From Candidatus Poseidoniaceae archaeon (GTDB lineage: Archaea; Thermoplasmatota; Poseidoniia; Poseidoniales; Poseidoniaceae), in assembly GCA_028822845.1 (NCBI GenBank), contig JAPKCS010000002.1, positions 4,916 to 68,915 of the forward strand: a stretch of 64,000 bases of DNA. Reading direction: 5' to 3'. The notes beneath the pieces are model-generated. The model was not told the DNA's origin and ran no database searches. It worked only from the letters and a program-made list of their open reading frames with translations. Positions within the stretch are counted from its first letter, which is position 1. Each line of letters begins with the position of its first letter. Positions 27,059 to 35,895 of this stretch are shown here, one piece after another. Both the position numbers and the translations under genes were made by a program.

Positions 27059-29503
27059 TCACACCTGCTGCAATTCAAAGATGCGGTCTCTCAAACGAGC
27101 AGCTTCTTCGAAATCGAGGTTCTTGGCCGCTACCTGCATCGCTGACTTGAGTTCCTTCAGCAGATCTTCAATCTGGGCTGGCGAAAGCGACCTTGGGCCA
27201 TCTATTCCAGAACTTTCTAATTGCGAATTCGATTTTCCAATTGAGTTTTCTAGACTTTCGCCAGTCGAGCCATCTTGGCCTGTCCCCGAGCCCCAGGACC
27301 CGGCGCCAAGATTCAGGTTTTGAGCCCAATCGCCATCTTTCCGTCCGCCTTTCTTTGCCACAAGACGCCGACTCCCATCTTTCGAACTCGAGGTCCCTGC
27401 GATCAAATCATCAATGTCAGAATTCATCTTAGGCAGTTCTTTGACGATGCTTCTCGGCGTGATGTTGTTGGCCACATTGTAAGCATGTTGTCGTTCCCGA
27501 CGTTCCAGTGTTTGGGTGATTGCGGCCTTCATTGCCTTCGAGATCCCATCGGCATAGAGGATCACATGGCCATTGAGGTTTCTCGCCGCCCGTCCAATTG
27601 TTTGGAGAAGGCTTCGCTCGTTCCTTAGGAAGCCTTGCCGGTCAGCATCAAAGATAGCAACAAGGCTCACTTCGGGAAGGTCCAATCCTTCCCGGAGCAG
27701 GTTGATGCCAACAATGACATCGATGTGGCCGATTCGCAAAGCGCTGATGATTTCAGTGCGTTCGATGGTATCGATTTCAGAATGGAGGTGATGGGCTTTG
27801 ATCCCCATTCGGTTGAGGTATGCGGCAACTTCCTCGGCGAATTTGATTGTTAAAACGGTGACAAGGGTCCGTTCCCCATCGCTTATGCGACCGTTAATTT
27901 CACTCAACAAATCTGCCATTTGTCCACTTGTCGGCCGCACTTCAATCTCAGGGTCAAGCAATCCAGTTGGCCGGATCTCCATCTTGGCAATGCCTTCGAT
28001 GTGTTGGACCATGTGGTAGAGTGATTCACTGTCTGGGTGCTTCTTTTCTAAATCACGAGGGCCAGCTCCACCGCCGGATTGGGCATGCAGCAGGCCAGAT
28101 GGTAGAGGTTGATTGGTGATCTCGCAGAGGTGGCGCAATTCCCGCTCACCCGGCGTTGCAGACACGTAGACCATTTGCGGAACCAGTTTTTGAAATTCTG
28201 GGATCTTGAGGGGCCGATTATCTGCTGCAGTCGGGAGTCTGAATCCAAAATCAATCAGGCTTTCCTTTCTCGAACGGTCCCCGTAATACATCCCTCCAAC
28301 TTGGGGCAGCGTCACGTGAGATTCATCCATAATGACGAGGAACTTGGTCGGGTCGCCGTGGAACTGTTTGGCGCAAGCAGCAAAGAAGTCCAGCAAACAA
28401 TGGGGCCGTTGCCCTCTCTTTCGACCATCGAAGTGGAGGGAATAATTCTCGATGGATTGGCAGTGGCCAATTTCACGGATCATTTCCAGATCGTAACGGG
28501 TGCGTTGTTCAATTCGATGCCTTTCCAATTCCCGCCCTTCACTGGCAAAATGCGCGACCCTGTCATCGAGTTCATCTTCAATTGAGACCAATGCTGCCTC
28601 AAGACGCTCGGGACTTGTCATGTAGAATTCCCGGGGGTGTATCCAAGCTTCATCAAGCGCATCGAGCACTTCCCATGTGACTGGGTCGCAGACTGACACT
28701 TTGATGATGCCATTGAAGTCGAATTGAATTCGTAGAGGATCGTCCCTGCTTGGCATCCACACATCGACAACCTCGCCTCGTACACGGCAATCGCCCCTGG
28801 TAAGGTCGGTTGTGGTTCGCTTGTATTGGAGGGTGATGAGTTCGCGTAGCAAATCACTTGTCTCGATTTCTTGACCCACATGCACTCGAACATGGTATTC
28901 GAGGAATGTTTCAGGCGGGTTGAGCCCGTAAATGCATGAGACGGAGGACACGATCACGCAATCGGGTCGTGTGACCAGCGATGCTATTGTGGCAAACCGC
29001 TCCTGTTCGATGCGTTCATTGACTGACAGTTCTTTTTCGATGTACATGTCTCGTTTCGACAAGTAGGCCTCAGGCTGATAGTAATCATAGTGGGAGACGT
29101 AATAATCAACAGCATTCTCTGGAAAGTAACCTGCCATTTCGTGGTACAACTGCCTTGCTAAGGTTTTGTTATGGCTGATGATGAGTGTTGGAATGTTGAG
29201 TTTTTGGATCACCTGTGCCATGGCGTAGGTTTTCCCACTGCCAGTAACGCCCAGCAACACACAGCGTTCTTGTCCATTTTCCAATTGAGTAATCAATTTT
29301 TCAATTGCTTTAGGCTGGTCTCCAGAAGGTTCGAATTTCGAATGAAGCACCAAACGCTTTACTTCGGGATTGAGGTGTTCAAGAGCGGCTCCTTCGAGGG
29401 CTCGTGAAATGTCAAAGGGATCACGTTCTTCGAGATCTGATTCATCGATTTCCATGTTCGCAAGATCTTCAAAGGCACCATCATTGTCCCATTCTTTGAC
29501 CAT
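27059..29503 (-). CDS. uvrB: Excinuclease ABC subunit B
   Basis: PSGDQPKAI, LGVTGSGKT, HNKTLARQLY, YYQPEAY, DESH, GINLLREGLDLPEV, QTIGRAARN, C-terminal UVR motif LDFEEAARLRD. Confidence 0.97.
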   Translation of the reverse strand: MVKEWDNDGAFEDLANMEIDESDLEERDPFDISRALEGAALEHLNPEVKRLVLHSKFEPSGDQPKAIEKLITQLENGQERCVLLGVTGSGKTYAMAQVIQKLNIPTLIISHNKTLARQLYHEMAGYFPENAVDYYVSHYDYYQPEAYLSKRDMYIEKELSVNERIEQERFATIASLVTRPDCVIVSSVSCIYGLNPPETFLEYHVRVHVGQEIETSDLLRELITLQYKRTTTDLTRGDCRVRGEVVDVWMPSRDDPLRIQFDFNGIIKVSVCDPVTWEVLDALDEAWIHPREFYMTSPERLEAALVSIEDELDDRVAHFASEGRELERHRIEQRTRYDLEMIREIGHCQSIENYSLHFDGRKRGQRPHCLLDFFAACAKQFHGDPTKFLVIMDESHVTLPQVGGMYYGDRSRKESLIDFGFRLPTAADNRPLKIPEFQKLVPQMVYVSATPGERELRHLCEITNQPLPSGLLHAQSGGGAGPRDLEKKHPDSESLYHMVQHIEGIAKMEIRPTGLLDPEIEVRPTSGQMADLLSEINGRISDGERTLVTVLTIKFAEEVAAYLNRMGIKAHHLHSEIDTIERTEIISALRIGHIDVIVGINLLREGLDLPEVSLVAIFDADRQGFLRNERSLLQTIGRAARNLNGHVILYADGISKAMKAAITQTLERRERQHAYNVANNITPRSIVKELPKMNSDIDDLIAGTSSSKDGSRRLVAKKGGRKDGDWAQNLNLGAGSWGSGTGQDGSTGESLENSIGKSNSQLESSGIDGPRSLSPAQIEDLLKELKSAMQVAAKNLDFEEAARLRDRIFELQQV
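27218..27243. repeat. Paired AATT-palindrome site B (inside uvrB C-terminal linker)
   Basis: TAATTG-CGAATTCGATTTTC-CAATTG, 20-bp period. Confidence 0.6.
29282..29307. repeat. Paired AATT-palindrome site C (inside uvrB 5' part)
   Basis: CAATTG-AGTAATCAATTTTT-CAATTG, 20-bp period. Confidence 0.62.
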
Positions 29504-29562
29504 GCGAGATGCCTCCTTCAGATTGTGCTTAACTGGACCCTATACAAGGCTGTTGAACGAAG

Positions 29563-30333
29563 TCAGGGTAAGTACAACCCACCGTTTACATGCAGCACAG
29601 CACCGGTGATGTAGTTTGAATCCGGACCGACTAAGAACGATATTGTGTTTGCCATGTCTTCAGGACTGCCTACCCTTTTGAGTGGGACCTCTTGTTCACG
29701 TTGCTGTCGCTTTTCGCTCGAATCCCCTGCTAAGATGTCGGTGTCAACAAATCCTGGAGCGAGCACATTGACTCGTTTTCCTTCTGGGCCAACCGCTTGC
29801 GCCAACGAGCGAGCCCATGTGGACAAAGCCGCTTTTGATGCAGCATAGTCCGCTCCATGAGGTGAACCGCGAGTACCAAGTTGAGAGCCAACGACAACCA
29901 TTCGAGCATTGCTGGTAAGGTGGGGCTGAACGGCTTTCCATACGGCGACAGCTCCCTCGAAATTGACCGCCATTGTCCGACGCAAATTATCCATCGACAT
30001 ATCGGTGGCTGAAATGCGATCATAGGTGCCGTGGTTCAACACCAGCGCATCGATTCCCCGTGCCATCCAGGGGTGAATCCCCAACAAACCGACTTCGCCA
30101 CCGTCTGAACAATCGACCTTGACGGCGAGTGCATCGTCGCCTCGTTCACGGATTTCATCGACCACCATTTCGGCAGGTTTGGACGAGAGGTTGTAGGTGA
30201 GGAGGACATCATATCCATCAGCGGCAAGGCGTTTGGCGGTAGCGGCTCCAATGCCACGCCCCCCTCCGGTGATCAACGCCACAGGTCTGGACATGCCCTT
30301 GCGTCGAGGTTGCTGGTGATAATTACGACCCAT
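29563..30333 (-). CDS. Short-chain dehydrogenase/reductase (FabG-like)
   Basis: ALITGGGRGIG, YAASK, RVNVLAPGFVDT, VNGG; start may be the later Met (MSRPV). Confidence 0.92.
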   Translation of the reverse strand: MGRNYHQQPRRKGMSRPVALITGGGRGIGAATAKRLAADGYDVLLTYNLSSKPAEMVVDEIRERGDDALAVKVDCSDGGEVGLLGIHPWMARGIDALVLNHGTYDRISATDMSMDNLRRTMAVNFEGAVAVWKAVQPHLTSNARMVVVGSQLGTRGSPHGADYAASKAALSTWARSLAQAVGPEGKRVNVLAPGFVDTDILAGDSSEKRQQREQEVPLKRVGSPEDMANTISFLVGPDSNYITGAVLHVNGGLYLP

Positions 30334-30426
30334 GTGCGGACCAATTCAATTTTTCCAAAATCAATGACGAAGGATTACAACCGGGTCAAAGGAGAGATAC
30401 ATATCTCTAGAATTCGTAATGGAGAC

Positions 30427-30600
30427 ATGTTCATGATCGGCGAAGATCTTGAAACCACGGAAGACTGGAACGCAGTTCGATTGGCAAAGGGCATGGCTTA
30501 CGCTGACGAGAACCCTGAAGTCGTGCTTCCTGGATTTACGGCAGCACTCGGTATCATCTCGATGCTCGGTGCAGCACTCCTTGTTCGCAAGAACGAGTGA
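30427..30600 (+). CDS. Very small protein consisting mostly of a PGF-CTERM sorting signal
   Basis: ...NPEVVLPGFTAALGIISMLGAALLVRKNE = PGF, TM helix, basic tail; ATG 30427 preceded by GGAGA; start uncertain. Confidence 0.6.
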   Translation: MFMIGEDLETTEDWNAVRLAKGMAYADENPEVVLPGFTAALGIISMLGAALLVRKNE

Positions 30601-30694
30601 ACCCGTTTTACGGTGAACACACTGAGGCGCGTTGGCCTTGTGAAAGCAGGGTCAACGTGCTTCGGTTACAACGAGCACTGCAGAGAGGCTGGGT

Positions 30695-31075
30695 TCACTC
30701 TTCGAGGAATTGAGCGAGTTGTGGTGCCTGCCAGCCTTCAGGCTTGAGCACCTTTCCGTCTTCTCTGCGGATGACCTTTCCATCAACCAATTTCGCCATG
30801 TTTGAACGGTGGACTTCGTTAAATGCATCATCATAGATGTGTTGCATGCCGTGATTGATGACGGTACCAGCAAGAATGTAACCGATATCAGCAAGCGCAT
30901 CGAGCACTTCGACCATGTCGCCTGCACGTGCAGCCTCTGCATACTCTTCGACTTCTTCACGCAACAATTTGATTCGTAGTTCAATCATTTCTTCCGTGCC
31001 GAGTCCTGGACGATCGAGCTTAGGGATGTCAAAGGCTTCATTGAATTCGAGCAGCGATGTGACCATTGGGTTCAT
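30695..31075 (-). CDS. MazG-like all-alpha NTP pyrophosphohydrolase
   Basis: LLREEVEEY, EVLDALADIGY, EVHRSNMAK, REDGKVLKP. Confidence 0.88.
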   Translation of the reverse strand: MNPMVTSLLEFNEAFDIPKLDRPGLGTEEMIELRIKLLREEVEEYAEAARAGDMVEVLDALADIGYILAGTVINHGMQHIYDDAFNEVHRSNMAKLVDGKVIRREDGKVLKPEGWQAPQLAQFLEE

Positions 31076-31127
31076 GCATTGCCCTCAGTGCGCTCGGCCC
31101 TTGAACGTTGCAGGGTGGGTTGTTGAA

Positions 31128-32036
31128 TCAAACCATGGCTTGAGTTGGTTCCATTAGCATCACTGCCACGAGCAGAACCCACCCAGTCAACATGGATGTA
31201 CGAAACAGTGTGGTTTGGAAATCATTCCACTGGAGGCGACGTTGGATGACGACGATGTTGATGATGGCCATTGCACCTGCTGCAACCAGGAAGAAAGGCT
31301 CTGACATCGGATTGGCTATGGCGAAGCATGCAAACCAGCCAAACGTGAGTTGAATCGATGTGCGAGTCGTGACCTCATCGCCAAACTGTGAGGGAAATGA
31401 ATGGATGCCATTTTCCTTGTCACTTTTAGCGTCCATTCGTGCGTAATTTAGATCGAAGGCTGCAATCCAAAGGGCAACCCCGAGTGCGATGAAAAAGACC
31501 GCCGGATACCACCCTGTGCCCGTAATCGCACTCCATCCAAGGGAGTCTGCGGCGACTGCAATCCAAGCCCCGGCGGGAGCCAGTCCCAGGCAGAGGCCAA
31601 GCCAGAAATGGCACAACCAGGTGTAGCGCTTCAGGTAGGGGTAGACGACAAAAACCACAACGGGGAGCCAGGCCATCATCAATGCAACTTCATTGAGCAT
31701 GCCCGCGCTCACCAGCAGCATACAGAGGAACACACCACAGAGGGTCCATGCGGTCTTCATTGACATCGATCCCGAAGCGAGATGACGCCCGGCTGTCCGG
31801 GGATTCTCGGCGTCTACTTCTCTGTCGATGATGCGGTTTAGACCCATGGCAAGTCCACGGGCACCAACGGCTGCAATGAGGATCCAAGCAAGGTCTGGAG
31901 CAATCCAGTCAAACATGCCGCTTTGTTGGTCTGCGACGAATTCGTTGTGGGCGAGAATGTAACCAATCAGGACAAAGGGCAACGAGAAGAGGGTGTGTTC
32001 TATTTTGATGAAAGAAAGAACCTGTTTGATGTCCAT
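31128..32036 (-). CDS. UbiA-family prenyltransferase (MqnP-like)
   Basis: IKIEHTLFSLPF, NRIIDREVDAENPRT, YPYLKR, FDLNYARMD..SD; start overlaps the ubiD-like stop. Confidence 0.9.
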   Translation of the reverse strand: MDIKQVLSFIKIEHTLFSLPFVLIGYILAHNEFVADQQSGMFDWIAPDLAWILIAAVGARGLAMGLNRIIDREVDAENPRTAGRHLASGSMSMKTAWTLCGVFLCMLLVSAGMLNEVALMMAWLPVVVFVVYPYLKRYTWLCHFWLGLCLGLAPAGAWIAVAADSLGWSAITGTGWYPAVFFIALGVALWIAAFDLNYARMDAKSDKENGIHSFPSQFGDEVTTRTSIQLTFGWFACFAIANPMSEPFFLVAAGAMAIINIVVIQRRLQWNDFQTTLFRTSMLTGWVLLVAVMLMEPTQAMV

Positions 32037-34021
32037 TAAGCCTTGCCTCCAAAGGAAAGATGCGCTGGCCATTGGTACTTAGCAAGTTCCGGATGTTTAG
32101 CGACCTTTTCCAAGGTTTCCTGACTGTGGAGGGTGATTGAGGGCCATCGGCGGACGCCATGTTTCTTTGACGGTATCGGCGTTGTCGCATCCCAACACAG
32201 TCGCGCTCGCTTGTTATCGAACGAGAGGCCACGTCCGACGTCGAAACGGGAGGTCAGCTGCCAGAGCAAGCGTCTGCGGGCTTTCTCACAGTGAAGGTCA
32301 AGATCATTGTTTGTGATGAAAAGCCATCGGAGCGAAGATTCGGAGTCCAATTGCCAAATCGATTTTTTCAATTGGAGAATTGTCTTCTTCCTTTTTGATT
32401 CTGCCCGGTCATTCGAGGTCTCTGACCCTTCCTCAGGTGTTGGCGACCCTTCGATGTCCACGGTGACAACCATGATGCTCCCTCGTAACATTCGTGCGTC
32501 TGCGACCCCCTCCATCGAGAGAACATCTTCGAGTTGATCGAATGAAGGAGGCTCAATTCCTCCTTGTCGCCATGCAGGCGTGAACTGACTGTATGACCCC
32601 TCAAGGGGTGGTTGCGGAGACCGGGGGTCACTCGCAGGCAATGAAGTGGCATCGATCAGCAGTTTGCTGTGGACGTTTTCATACGGACTTGCGGCCTCAA
32701 GGGAATCGGCAACCATCCCGTCGAGAACGATGATATCGGTTGCGATGTCCACTTTTCGATTGAGGGCATCCAACAAAGCATCGAGGTCTTTCGGATCTTG
32801 CTTTTCATCGACTGCTATGATGGTTTTTAGGAACATCATTTGGCCCGCCCCGAGCAAACCAATTGCGGTCTTTCGACCTTGGCGAGGGTAACGCTGTTTT
32901 GAAGCCACAACTGCGAGGTTGTGAAACCCTGTCTCCATTGGGAGATGAACGCTCTTGACGTCACGGTGCTGGAAATTGAGAACCGGCGAGAATTGCTGCC
33001 CAATTGCTTCACCAAGGTGACCGTCCTCCATAGGTGGAAGTCCAACAATGGTCGCAGCGAGCATGGCATCTTTGCGGCACGTGATTGCCGTTACATGCAT
33101 CACTGGGTATTGGCCGGTCAATGAATAAAATCCAAAATGGTCTCCAAATGGGCCTTCGAGCCGAGTTTTTCCTGGAATGCAATAGCCTTCAATGATGATG
33201 TCAGCTTCTGCGGGCACCATGAGGTCCTGAGTCAGTGCTTTGGTGATCGGTAATGATTTCCTGCCGAGGATACCAGCAAATTGGTATTCTGTGAGGTTGT
33301 CTGGTAAAGGGGAAATTGCTGCAAAGATGAGTTCTGGTGGGCCCCCCATGCAAATTGCCACTGGCATTCGTACTTCTTTTCCGGAGGCCTCAGCTGCTGC
33401 TGCGTGTTCGGCACCGTGTTTGTGAATTTGCCAGTGCAAGCCGATTTCCTTCGGACCGAACACTTGTGCCCGGTACATACCGAGGTTGTGTTCTCCATTC
33501 TTTGGGTTCTTTGTGACCACCAATGGAAGGGTGACGAATGGGCCACCATCTTTTGGCCATGTCGTCGGGATTGGGAGGCGGGTCAAATCAGTTGGCAGAC
33601 GAATTCGTTGTGCATTGCCCTTTCGCTTCTTTTTGGGCGGCATGGCCAATGCATCTCGGAGCAAGGGCAACGCTTTCCATGGCTTCCGCATGAAGAGACC
33701 GATGTCTGGTTTCATCATAGCAACCATTCGATCACCAACCTCTGTTGGATGGCTGGCCCCAAGCGCTCGCATTGTCCTGTCTTGACCTCCAAACAGGTTC
33801 ATCGCTAGTGGGATCGAGCTGATGGTCCCGTCAGGCAAGCGTGGTTGTTCGAAGACAACAGCAGGACCGTCATTTTTGACCAACAAGTCTGCGATGGCTC
33901 CCGCTTCGAATTTGACATCAACTGGCCTATCGATGCGCAGCACCTCCCCTCGTTGCTCGAGATGCTCGAGCCACCGCTTGGAAGTTCGCCAGGCCACGAA
34001 GATGCGTAGGGTGGCCTTCAT
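32036..34021 (-). CDS. UbiD-family decarboxylase (menaquinone-pathway MqnL-like), with duplicated C-terminal domain
   Basis: DGGPFVT, NLGMYR, EGPFGDHFGFY, PPMED; KLLIDAT and RLCWDAT repeats; start uncertain. Confidence 0.9.
   Translation of the reverse strand: MKATLRIFVAWRTSKRWLEHLEQRGEVLRIDRPVDVKFEAGAIADLLVKNDGPAVVFEQPRLPDGTISSIPLAMNLFGGQDRTMRALGASHPTEVGDRMVAMMKPDIGLFMRKPWKALPLLRDALAMPPKKKRKGNAQRIRLPTDLTRLPIPTTWPKDGGPFVTLPLVVTKNPKNGEHNLGMYRAQVFGPKEIGLHWQIHKHGAEHAAAAEASGKEVRMPVAICMGGPPELIFAAISPLPDNLTEYQFAGILGRKSLPITKALTQDLMVPAEADIIIEGYCIPGKTRLEGPFGDHFGFYSLTGQYPVMHVTAITCRKDAMLAATIVGLPPMEDGHLGEAIGQQFSPVLNFQHRDVKSVHLPMETGFHNLAVVASKQRYPRQGRKTAIGLLGAGQMMFLKTIIAVDEKQDPKDLDALLDALNRKVDIATDIIVLDGMVADSLEAASPYENVHSKLLIDATSLPASDPRSPQPPLEGSYSQFTPAWRQGGIEPPSFDQLEDVLSMEGVADARMLRGSIMVVTVDIEGSPTPEEGSETSNDRAESKRKKTILQLKKSIWQLDSESSLRWLFITNNDLDLHCEKARRRLLWQLTSRFDVGRGLSFDNKRARLCWDATTPIPSKKHGVRRWPSITLHSQETLEKVAKHPELAKYQWPAHLSFGGKA
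32348..32374. repeat. Paired AATT-palindrome site D (inside ubiD-like gene)
   Basis: CAATTG-CCAAATCGATTTTTT-CAATTG, 21-bp period. Confidence 0.58.
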
Positions 34022-34093
34022 TTGAACCGTCGTATTTCTGCTAAGGATTTTTTTAGAACAGGTCGGGGGCCTGATACATGCATTGATAGGCAC

Positions 34094-34585
34094 ATGGTCG
34101 TGTTACGAGGTATGCTTAGGGGACTTTTCGCACTTACTTGCCTGGTGCTCATGTCAACTTCTGTTGCCGGAGTCACTGCTACAGATGAATCTGATGTCAT
34201 CATCACTGTGGACAGCACAACCTTGCGGTTCAGTCCTTCTGAAATCACCCTCACAGAGGGCCAAGCCGTCCGCTTCATGTGGAGCGGCCAAGCCTTACCC
34301 CACAACGCCGTCGCAGATGATGGCTTGTTTGAATCGGGTGAACCGGCCCGAGATGTCGATTACAGGTTTGTGTTCGAAGTTGGCACTGCAGGCACGCACA
34401 CCTTCGTCTGTGAACCGCATGAAAGCGTCGGCATGGTCGGTACGATCACCGTCGAAGCAGCCCCTGTTGAGGTTGTTGAAGAAATCGAGGAGCCACCCGT
34501 CGAAGAAACTCCTTCATTGTCCTTCATGAGCAGCATAATTGTGACCGCCTTCGCAGCAGTGTTTGCTTCTCGTCGCACCGAATAA
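34094..34585 (+). CDS. Blue-copper (plastocyanin/halocyanin-like) protein with C-terminal anchor
   Basis: Signal peptide; type-1 Cu ligands PHN...CEPHESVGM; C-terminal TPSLSF, TM helix, RR. Confidence 0.9.
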   Translation: MVVLRGMLRGLFALTCLVLMSTSVAGVTATDESDVIITVDSTTLRFSPSEITLTEGQAVRFMWSGQALPHNAVADDGLFESGEPARDVDYRFVFEVGTAGTHTFVCEPHESVGMVGTITVEAAPVEVVEEIEEPPVEETPSLSFMSSIIVTAFAAVFASRRTE

Positions 34586-34637
34586 AGCAAGCGAACCAAC
34601 CGTTTGCTTCATGGGCTTCCCCCAACTCAAGGATACC

Positions 34638-35876
34638 ATGGGCGAAGCAGCGCAACAGTGCGATGTCTTGGTCATCGGTGCCGGTCCAGGGGGCGGTTCC
34701 GCTGGCTTGCATGCCGCAAGGGCCGGTTTGAAGACAATTATCGTCGAAGCCGATCCAGAAGTCGGAACCCCGGTTCACTGCGGTGAATGCCTCAGCCATT
34801 TGGCTGTGGAAAACCTCGATCTTGAAATTCCAGATCATGTCAAAGCGCTCGATGTTACGGGTATTCGTGTGATCTTTCCAGACGGCACAGAGAAACTGTT
34901 AACTGAAAAGGGCTATGTGTTGGAAAAGCACCTTTTTGAACGTTGGTTGTGCGATGAAGCAGGAAAAGAAGGGGCCACACTTCTCCTTCACCATCGCGTG
35001 ACCTCCATGGAGCGAGTTTTGAATAGCGAAAATCAATTTTCATATTGGAAAATTGATGGGAAAGGAGACGGCTTCCCTATCGAATGCAAAGCGGTGATTG
35101 ATGCATCAGGCGTTTCAGGTGCAGCATCAAAACTTCTTGATATGGGCACAGAGGTCGAAGTTATTGCAGGATTCCAGTATGAGATGTTGGATGTCCCAAA
35201 CGACGGCTACCTTGATTTCTATCTGTGGCCAAAATACTCCCCTCATGGCTATGTTTGGATGATTCCAAAAGCGGGTGGCAGAGCAAACGTAGGCTTGGTC
35301 ACCACCGATAAACGAGGTGCCATCAAGTACCTCAACTCCTTCATCGAAGACACCTACTTGGACGGGAAACCAACCGTCAATCCGCCATGGCGTGCGAATG
35401 GTGTCAAAGTACGACCCTTTGGTGGTACGATTCCGATCTCTGGACCGCGTTCTCGCACAGTTGCAGACGGTGTGATCCTTGTTGGCGACGCAGCTGGATT
35501 TACCTCGCCGCTGTTCGAAGGTGGCTCTCATTTGGCCCTCTGGTCTGGTCGGGAAGCAGCTCAAACAATTGCCAAAGCGCTTTCAGAAGGCAACATGTCA
35601 GAAAAACGCCTCTTAGCCTATCAACGAGCATGGAAGAAACGCTTCCCACCGTACCATAAAATTCTCAAAGGTAAAACTGCACTGTATGATTTGACCGATG
35701 AAGAAATGTCAGTGATGGCGAAATGCCTTCCAGAGGAACTTGGCAACATGACGCCTCTGCAAAAAATCGGTATTGGTCTGAAAATACTGGTTCGCAAACC
35801 GATCCTCCTCACCAAACGAGTGATTCCTGTTCTCCTTTCCTTCGGTTATTCTCGAGCCAAGCATTTCGGCTGGTGA
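34638..35876 (+). CDS. Geranylgeranyl reductase-family flavoprotein
   Basis: DVLVIGAGPGG, PVHCGE, PHGYVWMIPK, LVGDAAGFTSPLFEGG. Confidence 0.9.
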   Translation: MGEAAQQCDVLVIGAGPGGGSAGLHAARAGLKTIIVEADPEVGTPVHCGECLSHLAVENLDLEIPDHVKALDVTGIRVIFPDGTEKLLTEKGYVLEKHLFERWLCDEAGKEGATLLLHHRVTSMERVLNSENQFSYWKIDGKGDGFPIECKAVIDASGVSGAASKLLDMGTEVEVIAGFQYEMLDVPNDGYLDFYLWPKYSPHGYVWMIPKAGGRANVGLVTTDKRGAIKYLNSFIEDTYLDGKPTVNPPWRANGVKVRPFGGTIPISGPRSRTVADGVILVGDAAGFTSPLFEGGSHLALWSGREAAQTIAKALSEGNMSEKRLLAYQRAWKKRFPPYHKILKGKTALYDLTDEEMSVMAKCLPEELGNMTPLQKIGIGLKILVRKPILLTKRVIPVLLSFGYSRAKHFGW

Positions 35877-35895
35877 AAGGCGCTTTTACTTCGGA

